Below, in pieces: positions 13,930 to 26,494 of a stretch of 64,000 nucleotides of DNA. Source of the DNA: Balamuthia mandrillaris (Eukaryota); NCBI GenBank assembly GCA_031835245.2, contig JAVKOQ020000083.1, positions 124,001 to 188,000 of the forward strand, written 5' to 3'. Numbering within the stretch: position 1 is the first letter of the stretch; each line of letters begins with the position of its first letter. The notes beneath the pieces were generated by a model. That model did not search any database and was not told the origin of the DNA. It saw only the letters and a program-made list of their open reading frames with translations. Both the position numbers and the translations under genes were made by a program.

Positions 13930-14669
13930 ATGAACGAAGAAGCGAGGGAGCAGACCACAGCAGCAGCTGTGACCGCCGCGACCAGGCTGCCCGGCTTTCT
14001 GGTGCAATGCGACTGGGACCAGGCCTGCAAGGAAGAAAAGTCTTTGTTCTGGATATCTTACCATCCGCCCACAGGTACTCCCATTTTTTGCTTTTCAAAA
14101 TGAAAGAGGGATGGAATCGATATTGCCCCCTCACCCCTCACTCTCTGGCTAACGCCTTTTTTCCATATGAAAAACACCCATCGCAACGCTGCAATGACGT
14201 GTCGTGGTGTGTTTTTTGTTGTCGTCGTTGTTTTTTTTTGGGGGGATGCAGTGGACGCGCCAACATTGCATGGCACTGTCCTCAACGCCAAGAAAGGAAA
14301 GGAGCTCTCTTGCGAGCAAGGATTCGCTGTCTCTCTTCAAAAACAGGTTTTTTGTTGTTCCTTCTCCTTCTTCTGCTTCTTCTTCTCTCGTTGTGGAGCT
14401 CACGTCGAAACACAAAACAAACCAACTCGCTGATAACCCAACAGAAGAAGCAGCTGAGCTTAACGGATCCGCAGAGCCACCACCGAGCCGTCATGCAAGC
14501 GCCCACCCACGCCTTTGCCCATTTTCACTCCAAAAGAGCGGTCTACAGCCTTGACCTCTCGCCCACAGGCGACCTGGGCGTCTCGGGAGACTCGAATGGG
14601 AGCATTCGCGTTTGGCAAGCCAATGATGGCATTCTTAGGGTTCTCCTCTCTTCAGTCCTTTCCTCTCTC

Positions 14670-14703
<34 letters not shown>

Positions 14704-15859
14704 ATCCGCGTTTTCGGAAAACTACATAGAGAGACTTGCAAGGTCACGTTGGAGACGTAAACACGTTGAAATGGTTCCCCAGCGGCAAAGTGGTACTCTC
14801 CGGCTCCTCCGACTATCAATTAAAGATATGGGACGTGCTGCGAGGAGAATGTGGTGCCACCCTTAAGGGCCATGCTGGTGGCATACTTGGGTGTGGAATA
14901 GTGGATAGAGGACGCAATGTTGTTTGTTCGTTGTCGTTCTCTTTTTCCATCTCTTCTTGCTTTTTCTTTTTTTTCTTCTTGTTCTTCTTCTTCTCTTAAG
15001 TTTTCGTATCTGATAACGTTCAACAATGATTGAACAGCATGCTCCAGAGACAGCACAGCAAGACTTTGGGATGTTTCAACACAATCAACTATCGCGATAT
15101 TTGGTAAAGAAGCTACCTCTAAAGCAGGTCCCGCCAACGACTGCTGTCTTCAACAACATCCTGTGGCCAGTGGTTCACCATCCGCTGATGAAGTACCTGC
15201 CATGGCTGGTTTGTACCATTAACACCTTCTTCTTTCACTTCGTTACCTAAACCTTCTTTCCTCGTTACTCTCTTTCTTTCTAACAATCAATAAAAGCCAA
15301 TGAAGTAGGAACAGAAGGAAAGTTGTTGATTGTCGCTCATGAGAAAGCGATAGTGAATGGCTTTGACCTTCGTAACAGAACCTGTCTTTTCTCTCTGCCA
15401 GGGAGCTCAGCTTTCAACTGCTGTTCTATGCTGGGCAATACCATCATCGCGGGCGCTCACAACGGAGAGATCTATTGTTGGGACGTTAGACGGCTCGACC
15501 ACCCCCGACTTTGTGTGCAGAGAAGCCTGTCTCCCATTAATGATGTTTGCTTTGTGTTGGACAACATTGCTGACCCCTCCACCACTTCTACGTACTCCTC
15601 CACTTCGGCTCTCGGCGGTGAAGAAAGGATTTGGGCAGCTTCAAACGAGGGCCTCTTCTTCTCCGTTGACCTTTCTCAACATGGAGAGAACGCCATGCGA
15701 CAGCAACAGGAACAGGAATTGCCGAGCACAACCAGCGAACCACAGAGAACATTTACGGGACCAGACTTCGAACCGATCACTTGCATTGCTGTTCGAGCTG
15801 ACTTTGCGTTTAGCGCTTGTCGTGATGGAACTGTTCGGCGCTATAAGGTTTCATTCTAA
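13930..15859 (+). CDS. PAAF1: Proteasomal ATPase-associated factor 1 (Rpn14-like WD40 assembly chaperone)
   Basis: VQCDWDQA N-terminus; WD40 repeats GHVGDVNTLKWFPSGKVVLSGSSDYQLKIWD and GHAGGILGCGIVDRGRNVV; EVGTEGKLL; C-terminal CRDGTVRRY. All match recalled PAAF1 motifs. Confidence 0.9.
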
Positions 15860-16044
15860 AATGACAAAATAAGGTTTGCTCTCTCTGTCTCTGTCTCTCT
15901 GTCTCTCTGTCTCTCTCTGAAAAGAGTTAACTTCTGTTGCACAAACCAAATACAGGCACTGTTTGTAAAGTTTCAGGGATAAAAATTGTTCATAGACAAG
16001 ACGTTGCGTTTTTATTTGTAAGACAACTGACTTTTTGTTGTTGT

Positions 16045-17012
16045 TTAGAATAGAACAGAGCGAATGGAGCTAGCAGCGGAACCATCCTCACCATCCGCAC
16101 TACCGTCCTCCTCACCGTCCTCCTCACCGTCCTCAGCCTGCGATTGGAAGAGCACTCCATCAATGACGTGGACCACTCCGTTCTGGGTAATGACGTTGGG
16201 CACAACCACCTGCGCTCCATTCACGAAGACGCCGTCGTCGTTGATGGTGACGGTGATGGAGTCCCCGTTGAGCGTGGCGATCTCCTGGCCGTCGGAGAGG
16301 TCGGTGGAGAAGGCAACGCCTGACACTACGTGGCCTTGGAGAGTGTACAAGACTTCCTCGATATCGGCAATGGCAAAGGCATCGTTGGTGGGGGCGAAGA
16401 TGGTGATGGAGGGGGTGGTGTCCACGGTGGTGGCCAGGTCGTTGTCCACGACGGCCTCGAGGAGGGAGCTCAGGCCGGCCTCCTGGGCGGTGGTGCTGGT
16501 GGCCTCGGGGAAGGTGAGCACGGCATCGATGATGTGGATGACGCCATTGTCGCACTCGATGTCAGCCTGGGTGACCGTGGCCTCGGTGTTGAGGCCAAAG
16601 CGGAGGTTGACTTGGGAGCCGTTGAGCTCGATGCCGAGGTTCTGCCCCTTGCCATCGGCCAGCGTCACAAAGGTCTCGTTGGTGAGCAACGTCTCCACGA
16701 ACTGCAGCGGCTCGAGGTCGGTGGACATCACCGCGCCGGAAAGGACGTGGTAGGTCAAGAGGGCCACGACGGTGCTCTCAGGGATGTCGCCCAAGGAGAG
16801 CTCGTTGGCCTCGAGGAAGGCCGCAAAGGCGTCATTGGTGGGTGCGAAGACGGTGAAGTTCCCCTCCCCGTCGAGCACCTCCTCCAGGCCGGCGACCTGG
16901 ATGGCGGCGGCCAAGCTGGTCAGGCCCTCATCGTTCTGGATGTTGTCGAGGATGCTCTGACCTCTCGTGAGGGCAAGCAGAGAGAGAACCACCAACCATT
17001 GGAAGAGCTTCA

Positions 17013-17013
<1 letters not shown>
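16045..17013 (-). CDS. Secreted fasciclin (two FAS1 domains), intronless
   Basis: Signal peptide MKLFQWLVVLSLLALTRG; two copies of FTVFAPTNDAF / ITIFAPTNDAF and NGVIHIIDAVL / NGVVHVIDGVL; acidic DGEE tail. Confidence 0.93.
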
Positions 17014-17059
<46 letters not shown>

Positions 17060-18675
17060 GGTTTTGTGTGCGTTGTGGAGGAGGAAGAGGAAGAAGGAGG
17101 AGGAAGTGTTTGATTCGTGTTGAAAGAGAGAGATGGAAGAGATGAGGGCGGCTCGAGAGGCCTTTTTATGGCTGGATGGACTAGTGGATGGAGAGAGGGC
17201 AAAATGAATTCATTAAGAGGCTTGTCCATCCAATTCTTCCGATTGGCTTGCGGCCGCTCTTGATCGAAGCGTTACGTCAAGCTGCGGTGGAGCATTACAC
17301 GCCCTCCTGTCATGCTGATGCCATCGTGAGGTACTTCCCCACGGGGCCAATAATCGGAGGGCGTCATCCGAAGGTCAGCGTTACGGGATGGGGGTGGGTT
17401 GGAGATGACGCTGCGAGTTGGCGTGGCGGTGTGACGTGAAGGTTGATCGCTCCGCCGGAAAGTTGCGGCAAGGAAAGGGCCGAGCCCGGCCTTGAACGGT
17501 AAAGTTGGTAACGAGAGGAGGCAAGACGAAGAAGAGGAAGAAACAGAAGAAAAAGAAGAAGAAGAAGAAGAAGAAGAAGAAGAAGAAGAAGCAGAACAAG
17601 AGTTTCGTTGTGCGTTCCCGACCGTAGAGTAGATGAAGAAGAAGCCGCGGGCAAAAGCAAGAGCACAAGAATGATGAATGTCATTTCGGTGGACGCCCTA
17701 GGCATCAGTTCCATGAAAAGAATGGAGAAAGACTACTCATCTATTCCCCCACCCACTCACAACAACGGTTATTGGTGGCACAACTTTGTCTGCCAGCAAC
17801 TACAACAGCGTTCAAACGAGTAATAAGTAATATTTGGCTCTCTTTCTCTTTGTTCCTTTCGCACAGCCTCTCCTCCTCGTTTTCTTCCACTTTATATTTT
17901 GCCAAGACTACAAGACTCCACAGGAGCGGTGGAGTTACAAAAGTAGGCTAAACGTACAAAGACGCAACGCTTCTGCTTCAACTACCTCCATTCGAGTGTT
18001 GCGATGGTCGACCGCGGAGGAACTCTAAAAGAGGCCGCCGTTTCCAAAAGGCATGAAAAAAGTGTCAAGAAGAAGAACAAGAACAAGAAGGACTAAAGAC
18101 GAAAGAAAGCAGAAGAAGAAGCAAGAACCAAGAACCAAGAACCAAGAAGAAGCAAGACGCAAGAAGCAAAAGAGGAGCACCTGAAAAATTCGGGACGACA
18201 CGGGTTCACTACCGGGTCGACGTGAAAAATCGAGGGTCCCTCCCAATTAATTCATTAGCGAGCTCTCTTAGCGGTGGTTCATTACAGCGGTCGGTCGTCG
18301 GACCGAAAGTCCAGCTTTGTTGGTTTTATTTAATTGTTGTTGTTGTGGCCCGAGAGAAAAAAAACCGAAAGGAAAGCAAGCGAGCTGTTGTGCGGGGGTC
18401 GCTGTTCCAAAGCCTCTCTGGTAATGCCCCCATTCCCTCTCTCTCTCTCTCTCTATCTTTCTCTTCTCTGCCTTCATAATATTTTTTTTTGTTTTTCCTC
18501 ATCTCTTCTTCTTCGTTTCTCTTTTTTTTGTTGTTGGTTGAATATAACTTTAAAAATATAACAGTTTCTTTTTTTTTTATTTTTTTTATTTTATTAAAGA
18601 GGAAACCAAACCAAACGAGAGAGGAGAAAAAGAGAGAGAAGTCTCGAACGAAAAAAAAAAGCCGCGATCATAAAA

Positions 18676-21292
18676 ATGGCAGACCTGTTGATGATGTTGC
18701 AGTCCAAGTCCGAGCAGCTGGACGAGGAGGCGGAGAAGAAGGCGGCAGAGCAGGAGCGCCTCGCACAGAAGAAGCAGGAGGACGAGGAGCGGCTGCTCAA
18801 GGAGAAGCGGGAGAAGAAGAAGAAGAAGAAGGCCGAGGAGCTCAAAAAGACCCTGGAGAACGACAAAAAGCTGGAGCGGGCGGGAATGAAAAAGGTGGAG
18901 GCCGCTAAGGAACTCTATGAGACCGAAGTTACCTACGTGCGAAGCATGATGATTCTCATCAACGTACGTTCTATTTTTTTTTTTGCCTTTTGTTTTGGTT
19001 TTTTTTTGTTTTTACTTTAATCTTATTTGATTTTTTATTTATTTATTTATTTTATTTATTTTTATTTTATTTATTTTATATATTATTATATTTTTATTTA
19101 TTGTTTCATATTTTTTGGTTTTTGAATCAAAAAATATTAACATTAAAAAAACAAAGGGCTTTAAAAAACCATTGGAAGCAGAAAAGATCGTTTCGGAGCA
19201 GGAGGTCACAAGTTTGTTTTCCAACGTGGAGACGCTGCTCGGGTTTCATAAAGAGTTTTTGAAGAAGATCAAAGAGAGGGTTGCAGAGTTTACCGTGGAG
19301 ACCTCCCTCGGCGACCTCATCCTCGAGCTGGTTCGTTTTTTTAAAAAAAAATATCCTCCTTCCTTCCTTTGGTGTTCTTCTATCCTCTTCTCGTTATCTA
19401 TTTTGCTATTGTTCTCCTTGTTCTTCTTCTTGTTCTTCTGCTTGTTCTTGTTCTTCCTCCTCCTTCTCCTCCTCTTCTTCTTCTTGTGCTTCTTCTGCTT
19501 CTTGTTCTTGTTCTTGCTCTTCTTCTTCTTCTTCGTCTTCTTCCTCTCTTGTTATGTTTAGTCTAAACAACCAAAACCACATAACAGATTCCTTATTTGA
19601 AGACATACACTCAATATACATCCAACTATGACAACTGCATCCAAACGCTTCAAAACCTTACAGATAAAAACGCCAAGTTTTCTGCTTATCTCGATGTAAC
19701 TCTCTCTCCCTCTACCTCTGATTCTCCTCCTCTTTCTTTTTTTCATGTGTAACCGATCGATGATAACTTAATAGAGATGCATGAAAGCACCGACATTTGG
19801 CGGACTTACTATTGCTGGATATCTTATCATGCCCATTCAACGTATTCCTCGATACAAGGTATCTATTCTGCTGCTTCTTCCTCTGCTTCTTGTTCTTGTT
19901 CCTGTTCTTGTTCTTCTTGTTGTTGTTGTTCTTTTTCTTCTTCTTCTTTTTCTTCTTTTTCTTCTTTCTTACTCAACTCTTGCTTCATTGTCTGCGTTGT
20001 TAACATAAACCAAATACACCAAAGATGTTGTTGGAAGTAATGGTACAAAACACACCAGAGTCTCATGCGGACTATGCCGACCTGACAGCAGGCTTGGAGC
20101 AAGTAATGGGCGTGGCGGAGTATATCAACGGCTCCATGGCCCAAGAGGCCAACATGAAGCAGCTGCTCAACATCCAAAGTCAGGTCAACGTGCAGATTGT
20201 GAAACCCTCCAGACAGTTCATCATGGAGGGCACCATGCACACCACTTGCTTCAAGAAGAAGAAGGACAAGAAGAGCAGGAGGAAAGGAGGAGAGGTGGTG
20301 GTCTTGCCTGGAATGGAAGGAAACCTCGGTGGTTCTGCTGCCACAACTCCGAGCTCCCCTTTGGCCACCTCCTCCACAAATGCCAGTGGAGTCACCATCA
20401 CGACAACCAACTGCTCCTCCACCCCTCCTCCCTTGACGAGAAGCGTTAGCACAAAGATCACTCCCCCGACTCAACACCAAATCCCTTCTTTGGATCGCGT
20501 TTCTGGTGGTGCGGTTGCTGGTAACAGAAAGAGGACCGGTTCGGGAAGCGTCATCATTCCTTCTACGGTGGGAGCTCCTGCTCGTTCCTCCTCGGTTTCG
20601 GACTTGAACACTCTGCGTTACAGCAAGAAGATGCCCAACCCCAATTCTTTACCCAGCTGCAAAGTGTATTTGTTCGATGATATGTTGGTCATTGCGCATC
20701 CAAAGGACAAGTCAAAGACTGCTTCGCCCTCGCTCATTACCAGTTGGGTCAAAACTGACGAACGTATTGTTTCCTTGCTTTTTTTTTTCCTTCTTTTATT
20801 TGTGACTCACTCTTCTCTCTTTCTCTCTGCTCGAAATAGTGTATCCTCGTACTTTTGAGATAGTAACGCTAGGCACTTCCTTTATCATGTTTGCTGCCAC
20901 CGAGCAAGAAAAGACCAAATGGGTGGAGGCCATAGAGGCCGCAATCGAAAAGCTGTTAGAGAAGGAACATTTGCGAAGTATGTTTATCTTCTTTTTCTTC
21001 TTTTTTTGCTGGTTCTTATCATCTTTTTTTAATAATAATTACTATAGACAAACGTTCCCAATATGCATTACGTCAACGCAACGACAGCTGGAGTGTTATC
21101 TCGCTGTCTTCGCCGGATTCTCCAGTGCTGGACTCCGAACCAAATCCTCTCTGGGCTGGTTCTGGCAGCTTGTTAATGTCTCCACGAGCTGCAAGGATAA
21201 GAGGTAAGCACGCTCTTCTCTCTCTTTCTTTCTCTCTCCATCCCATTTTTAAACTCTTTTTTCGTGTTTGTGTTTCTGTAGAAGAGGATTAA
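18676..21292 (+). CDS. Dbl-family RhoGEF (DH-PH)
   Basis: KELYETEVTYVRSM, LFSNVETLLGFH, LIMPIQRIPRYKMLL (DH); split PH with a Ser/Thr-rich insert (VYLFDDMLVI...FAATEQEKTKWVEAIEAAI); last exon EED* ends at 21292. Confidence 0.9.
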
Positions 21293-21679
21293 TGACCATG
21301 CGAGAGAGTTCCAACCTGCACATGGCCCTTTTTTTGTTATTGTTGTTCTTGTTTCTCTTTCATTCTCTCTTTGTTTCTTCACAAGTGTAGTGTAACATAC
21401 AATACAATTCCTTGTTCATGGAGGAATCGTTTGGCCGAATCACCTCTCTCACTCTCTCTCTCTCTCTCTCTCCCTCTCCCTCTCTCTTCTCTTCTCTCGT
21501 AGATTCTTATCCTCTTTACCATTCTCTTTTGCTCTCCTTCAAAAACATCGCGTTGAAGAAAAAAATATTTTTTCTTAGTTTAAATGATAAGGGCAGAAGA
21601 ACAGATAACTAAAACATAAAAAAGAACGAACGGAAAAGGGTTATAAAGGAGAAGGAGAAAACAGGCGGTTTAAAAGAGT

Positions 21680-22685
21680 TTAGTAGCCGACAACGATATC
21701 AGCGGCGGGGGCAGCAGCTGCTTGTTGGGGTTGTTCTTGTTGGGGTTGTTCCTGTTGGGCTTGTTGGGCTTGTTGGGCCTGTTGTTGCTGCTCCTGTATC
21801 ATCATTTCCACAACGTTAGTAGCACAAGTGGTGTAGAAGGCGGAGAGCTCGGGCTGCTGCTGTTGTTGGTCTTGGGCTTGGGCTCCCTGCTGCTGTGCCT
21901 GTTGTCCCTGGCCTTGTTGCTGCTGGCCGCCAGTCTGTTGTTCCTGACCAGTCGGTTGCTGACCTTGCTGCTCCTGGCCTTGTTGCTGCTGGCCGCCAGT
22001 CTGTTGCTCCTGACCAGTCGGTTGCTGACCTTGCTGCTCCTGACCAGTCGGTTGCTGCTGTGCTTGCTGTTGTTGTTGCTGCTGAGCAAGTTCAGGGGGT
22101 TGGCCGATCAAGAACGTGGTCAACAGATCTCCCGTGAATTGAGAGAGTTGCTGTGGAGCGTCCCCAGGAATCTCAAAGAGGACTTGGCCTTCTTGCTGCT
22201 GTCGTCGTTGTTGCTGGCCGCCCATCTGTTGCTGGCCGCCGGTCTGCTGTCCTTGCTGCTCCTGGCCGGTCTGTTGCTGACCTTGCTGCTCCTGGCCTTG
22301 CTGTTGTCCGAGGACAACGATGGACTGCACTTGATCGGGAGAGAGAGGCGTCCAGTCCATCCTCTGGTAGGGGAACAACACGAATTCCTCAAGCACCTGT
22401 TCTTGTTGCCGCTTGGTCTGAGCTCCTTGCTGCTCCTGGCCGCCGGTCTGCTGTCCAGTCTGTCCTTGCTGCTCCTGGCCGGTCTGCTGCTGCTGGCCTT
22501 CTTGTTGTTGCTGAGAGCCCGTTACTCGGACGGTGAGGGGGAAGGGAGCGTTGGCGGCGGTGTGCCAGAACGCCAGGCCCACTTGGTTATCCTCGATATC
22601 TATGCCATTAACCTTGTCGTAGATGAGGGCCAGAGGGATTTCCTGTCCTTCGAACTGGATCGGGAACGAGCCTACCACCGTTACT

Positions 22686-22735
<50 letters not shown>

Positions 22736-23503
22736 GTTTTGGGCTTGGGCTCCCTGCTGCTGAGCTTGTTGTCCTTGCTGTTCCTGGCCGGTCTGTTGCT
22801 GAGCGCCAGCCTGCTGTCCAGTCTGTCCTTGCTGCTGCTGGCCTCCTTGTTGTTGCATTTGTTGTTCCATCTGTTGTTGCACCTCAGGAGAGACCTGGAT
22901 GCGGTGGGAGATGACGAGGTAGTGCACCGGCAACTCCTGTTGCTGCTGTTGGCGAGTTTGCATCTGCTGGCCGGTTCCCTGTTGCTCCTGGCCTCCTTCT
23001 TGCTGCTGACCTTCTGGTTGCTGCTGGCCTTCTTGCTGGGCGCCTTGCTGTTGTTGCATCTGCATGGCCTCCGCCGATGTGTCGAAGTTGACAAGGGCGA
23101 TGTAGTCTGCACAGCCCTCCGGCTGTTGTTGCTGCTGTTGTTGGTCTTGAGCCTGGCCTTCCTGCTGCTGGCCCTCTTGACCCTCTTGTTGCTGGGCCTC
23201 TTGTCCCTCTTGTTGCTGGGCCTGTTGTCCTTGTTGTGGCTGCTGCGCCTCCTCCTGTTGAGAGAAGATACGAACGGGGACCTCAGCCTGCATTTCGCCT
23301 TGCATGCCGCAGGGGACGTTCATCAGGGTCTCGCACTGCTCCGGCATCAGCCCGTTGACCATCTGGTCGCCGACCTCCACCGTGAGCGGCACGTCGATGC
23401 CCAGCGCGTTCACCACGACCACGTTGCACATCTGTTGCTCCTCCTGTTGAGCGAGGCAACAGGAGGCGGCCATCAGCGCCAGAAGAAGCAAGTATGTCTT
23501 CAT
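21680..23503 (-). CDS. Secreted glutamine-rich repetitive protein with an interrupted DUF4397-like beta scaffold, intronless
   Basis: Signal peptide MKTYLLLLALMAASCCLA; ordered hydrophobic segments separated by Q/G/E repeats; strong C/G-ending codon bias on the minus strand. The domain identity is inferred. Confidence 0.8.
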
Positions 23504-24260
23504 GTGTTTGTTTTTTGTTCGGTGTTGTGTTGTTTTGTTGTTGTTGTTGTTGTTTCTCAGTGGAGAAGAGGAATGAGAGACGAGAGGAGCACCCTTGGCG
23601 CTTTCGTTTAAATATGAGAAGGGCCGGCGGGTCATTGGCGGCACTCTCGGATCCATCCATTGGCGGCCCTACACGCGGCCAGAAAATCGACGGGTTAGCG
23701 AGCAGTGAATTGAGAGGTGAATTGAGGACTTCATACAAGCACGCCACTCCCGCCGTCCCACCCATCCCGCCCCTCCCTCCCCATATACCCCTTGCCAGTT
23801 CTTCCAACGGTTGCGTGTCGTCTTTCCCTCTCTTTTCCGTTCTCTCTACGCTAATCTTTTCATTTATTTCTCTTTTTTATAAATATTTATTTTGCTTCAT
23901 GTCGACATTGATATTTGGTGATATCTCGTGTCCAGGCAGGGTTATCTCGTGTCTTGGCTCGTGTCTGCGCAAATTAATGACCCCTCGGTGGAAGCGGAGC
24001 ACGAATCCTGCAAAAGTTGACGTCTTTTTGAGGTCGCGGAGGATATCCTCCTTTTTTATTTTTGTCGACCGAAAAAGAAAAGCAGCAGAGAAGAACCACC
24101 TGAAAAACAGAACACCAGCAGCGGCCACAACGTTGCAGAAAACAGGGTACTACCACTCTTCTCTCTCTCTCTCTCTCTCTCTCTACTCTTTTCTCTTTGC
24201 TTTTTTGTTTCGATCGTTGAATGATTTTTTGAAAAAATTTAACAAAAACAAAAGATAAAG

Positions 24261-26205
24261 ATGAGTCTTGCTTCCAGAAGCAAGAGCTGTTACGCGCTTG
24301 TTGGGAGGGGTGGTGGACTGGCAGCACAACAACAAAAGCCACGATTGTGGGGGCATTGGTCTACACAAGGCCTGTTCCCAAGCGCGGCCACTCGAACAAA
24401 GCGCTTCTCGACTATCCATCGGCATTATTCTGCTACTGTCTCTTGGGTGAGTAGCCCTCCCATCTGATCTCTTTTTTGCTTTCGTTTCCTTTCCTTTTCT
24501 TTCTCTTTTTCTTTTTCTGCTGCTGCTGCTTCTTCTTCTTCTTCTTGTTCTTCTTCTTCTTCTTCTTCTTCTTCTTCTTCTTCTTCTTCTTCTTTTTCTT
24601 CTTCTTCTTCTTCTTCTTATGGTGTTTCTTCTTCTTCTTCTTCTTTTCATTTCATTTTTCTGCTCCTTCTTCGTTCTTCTTTTTTCTTTTTTGCTTTCTT
24701 CTTTCTTCTTTCTGCCATCCTTTGCTACTTCCACTCCTTCTTTCTTTTCTTCTTTCTTTTCGTTCTTTTTTGCTTTTTCTTCTTAACGTTTAAATTAAAC
24801 ACAGTTGACGCCTCTGCCCAAACAAGTGACCATCTATGAGGTGGGTCCCAGGGACGGCTTGCAGAATGAGAGGCAGCCGCTGCCTGCCTCCCTCAAGATA
24901 GAGCTGGTGGAGCGCCTGGCTGCCTCCGGCCTCAAGTTCGTGGAGGCCACCAGCTTTGTCTCCAAGAAATGGGTTCCTCAGGTTTCTATTTTGTTCGTTT
25001 GTTTTCTGTTTTGTTTTCGTTGTTTTTGTTTTTGTCTCATTTTGGTTCAACATTGGACAAACAAAACAGATGGGGGATGCAGCAGAGGTTATGAAAGGAG
25101 TGAAAAGGCAGGCCGGCGTGGTCTATCCTGTGCTCACACCCAACATAAGAGGCTACAGCGAAGCCATCGAGGCTGGAGCATCTCACGTGGCTGTGTTCAC
25201 GTCCGCCTCTGAGGCCTTTGTCAAGAAGAACACAAACTGTACGTTAGAGGAGAGCCTTCAACGAGCCAGAGAAATCCTGAAACAGGCAAACAAGGACAAC
25301 ATCAAAGTTAGAGGGTATTGTTTCAAACAATTATGCTCTCTCTTCTCCTTTTTCTCTTTTTCAATTATCCTCTCCGTCTCTTCTTCTCTTTTTCTTTTTC
25401 AATATTCTCCTTTCTTTTCTCCGATTCTCTTGTTCTCTATCTCACTCCCTCCTTTCTTCCTACTGTTACCGTTAGATATGTGTCATGTGTGGTTGCGTGT
25501 CCTTATGAAGGACCTATCTCTCCTGAGAGGGTAGCTGCTGTATCCAAGGAGCTCTATGAAATGGGCTGCTATGAGATCTCTTTGGGTGACACCATAGGTG
25601 TTGCCACTCCAGGTAGTGTATTGTGTCTGTCTTGTGTTTCTTCTCCTTTTTCTTTGCATTTCTTCTGCTGAGCATAAATGCACATAGGATCAACCTATGC
25701 AATGCTATCGAGCGTGTTGAGGGCAGTACCAAAAGAAAACCTCGCCGTACATTTCCACGATACCTACGGCCAAGCTCTTAGCAACATTCTCACGTCTCTT
25801 CAGGTCCTCTCTTCTCTATCCTCACTCTTTTGTCTCTTCTCGCTCGTTCCGCTCTTCTTGCTCTTCTCTTCTTGCTCCTCACATTTTGAAAACAAAAAAA
25901 AACAGATGGGAATAACAGTGGTGGACTCTTCGGTGGCAGGCTTGGGGGGATGCCCCTACGCGGAGGGAGCGACCGGCAACGTGGCCACGGAGGACGTGGT
26001 GTACATGTTGCAAGGCATGGGCATCGACGTGGGGCAGGTCGACCTGCACGCCCTCGTGCGGGTGGGCAACTTCGTGTCGGAGCGGTTGGGCCGCGCCACC
26101 CGCTCCAAGACGGCCTTGGCCATCACCACCAAGCTCTCCAAGCAGCAACAGAAGAAGAAGGAAGAGGGAGGAAGCGACGCCTCTGCATCATCGGGTTGCG
26201 TTTGA
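24261..26205 (+). CDS. HMGCL: Hydroxymethylglutaryl-CoA lyase, mitochondrial
   Basis: Arg/Ser-rich presequence; [48 protein letters not shown]. Confidence 0.96.
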
Positions 26206-26206
26206 T

Positions 26207-26441
26207 GTCGACAAAAATGAATGTGTGCACAAGCCTTGTAATTTTTGTGCAATAGTTGGTCACTACTTGAGCAATTCAAGTCGACAAAAATGGACGTGTG
26301 CACGACTCCTGAACATGCGTTGTAATTTTTGTGCAATTGTTGAGCAACTTTTGTCGACAAAAAGGAATGCGTGCACGACTGCTGAACAAGCGTTGTAATT
26401 TTGTGCAATGGTTGGTCACTATTTGAGCAACTCTCGTCGAC
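26207..26441. repeat. Three degenerate tandem units of 73-83 bp delimited by GTCGAC
   Basis: GTCGAC at 26207, 26280, 26353 and 26436; shared GTCGACAAAAA..GTGCAC..TTGTAATTTT(T)GTGCAAT..TTGAGCAA. Confidence 0.85.
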
Positions 26442-26494
26442 AAATAACATATATCTACAAAACAGAAACAAAGAGAAGAAGAAGAAGAAGAGAG

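Noticed and set aside
16064..17145. Long plus-strand ORFs (229 and 271 aa)
   Set aside because: Antisense to the GC-biased fasciclin gene; no independent motifs.
17060..18675. 1.6-kb spacer with several short ORFs
   Set aside because: No recognisable domain or coherent splice model; probably promoters and UTRs, although a non-coding transcript cannot be excluded.
21722..23611. 629-aa Leu-rich plus-strand ORF
   Set aside because: Antisense shadow of the CAG/CAA-rich gene; the minus strand has the signal peptide and ordered segments.
26207..26441. Possible CRISPR or MITE
   Set aside because: No unique spacers, terminal inverted repeats or target-site duplication visible; kept as a tandem repeat.
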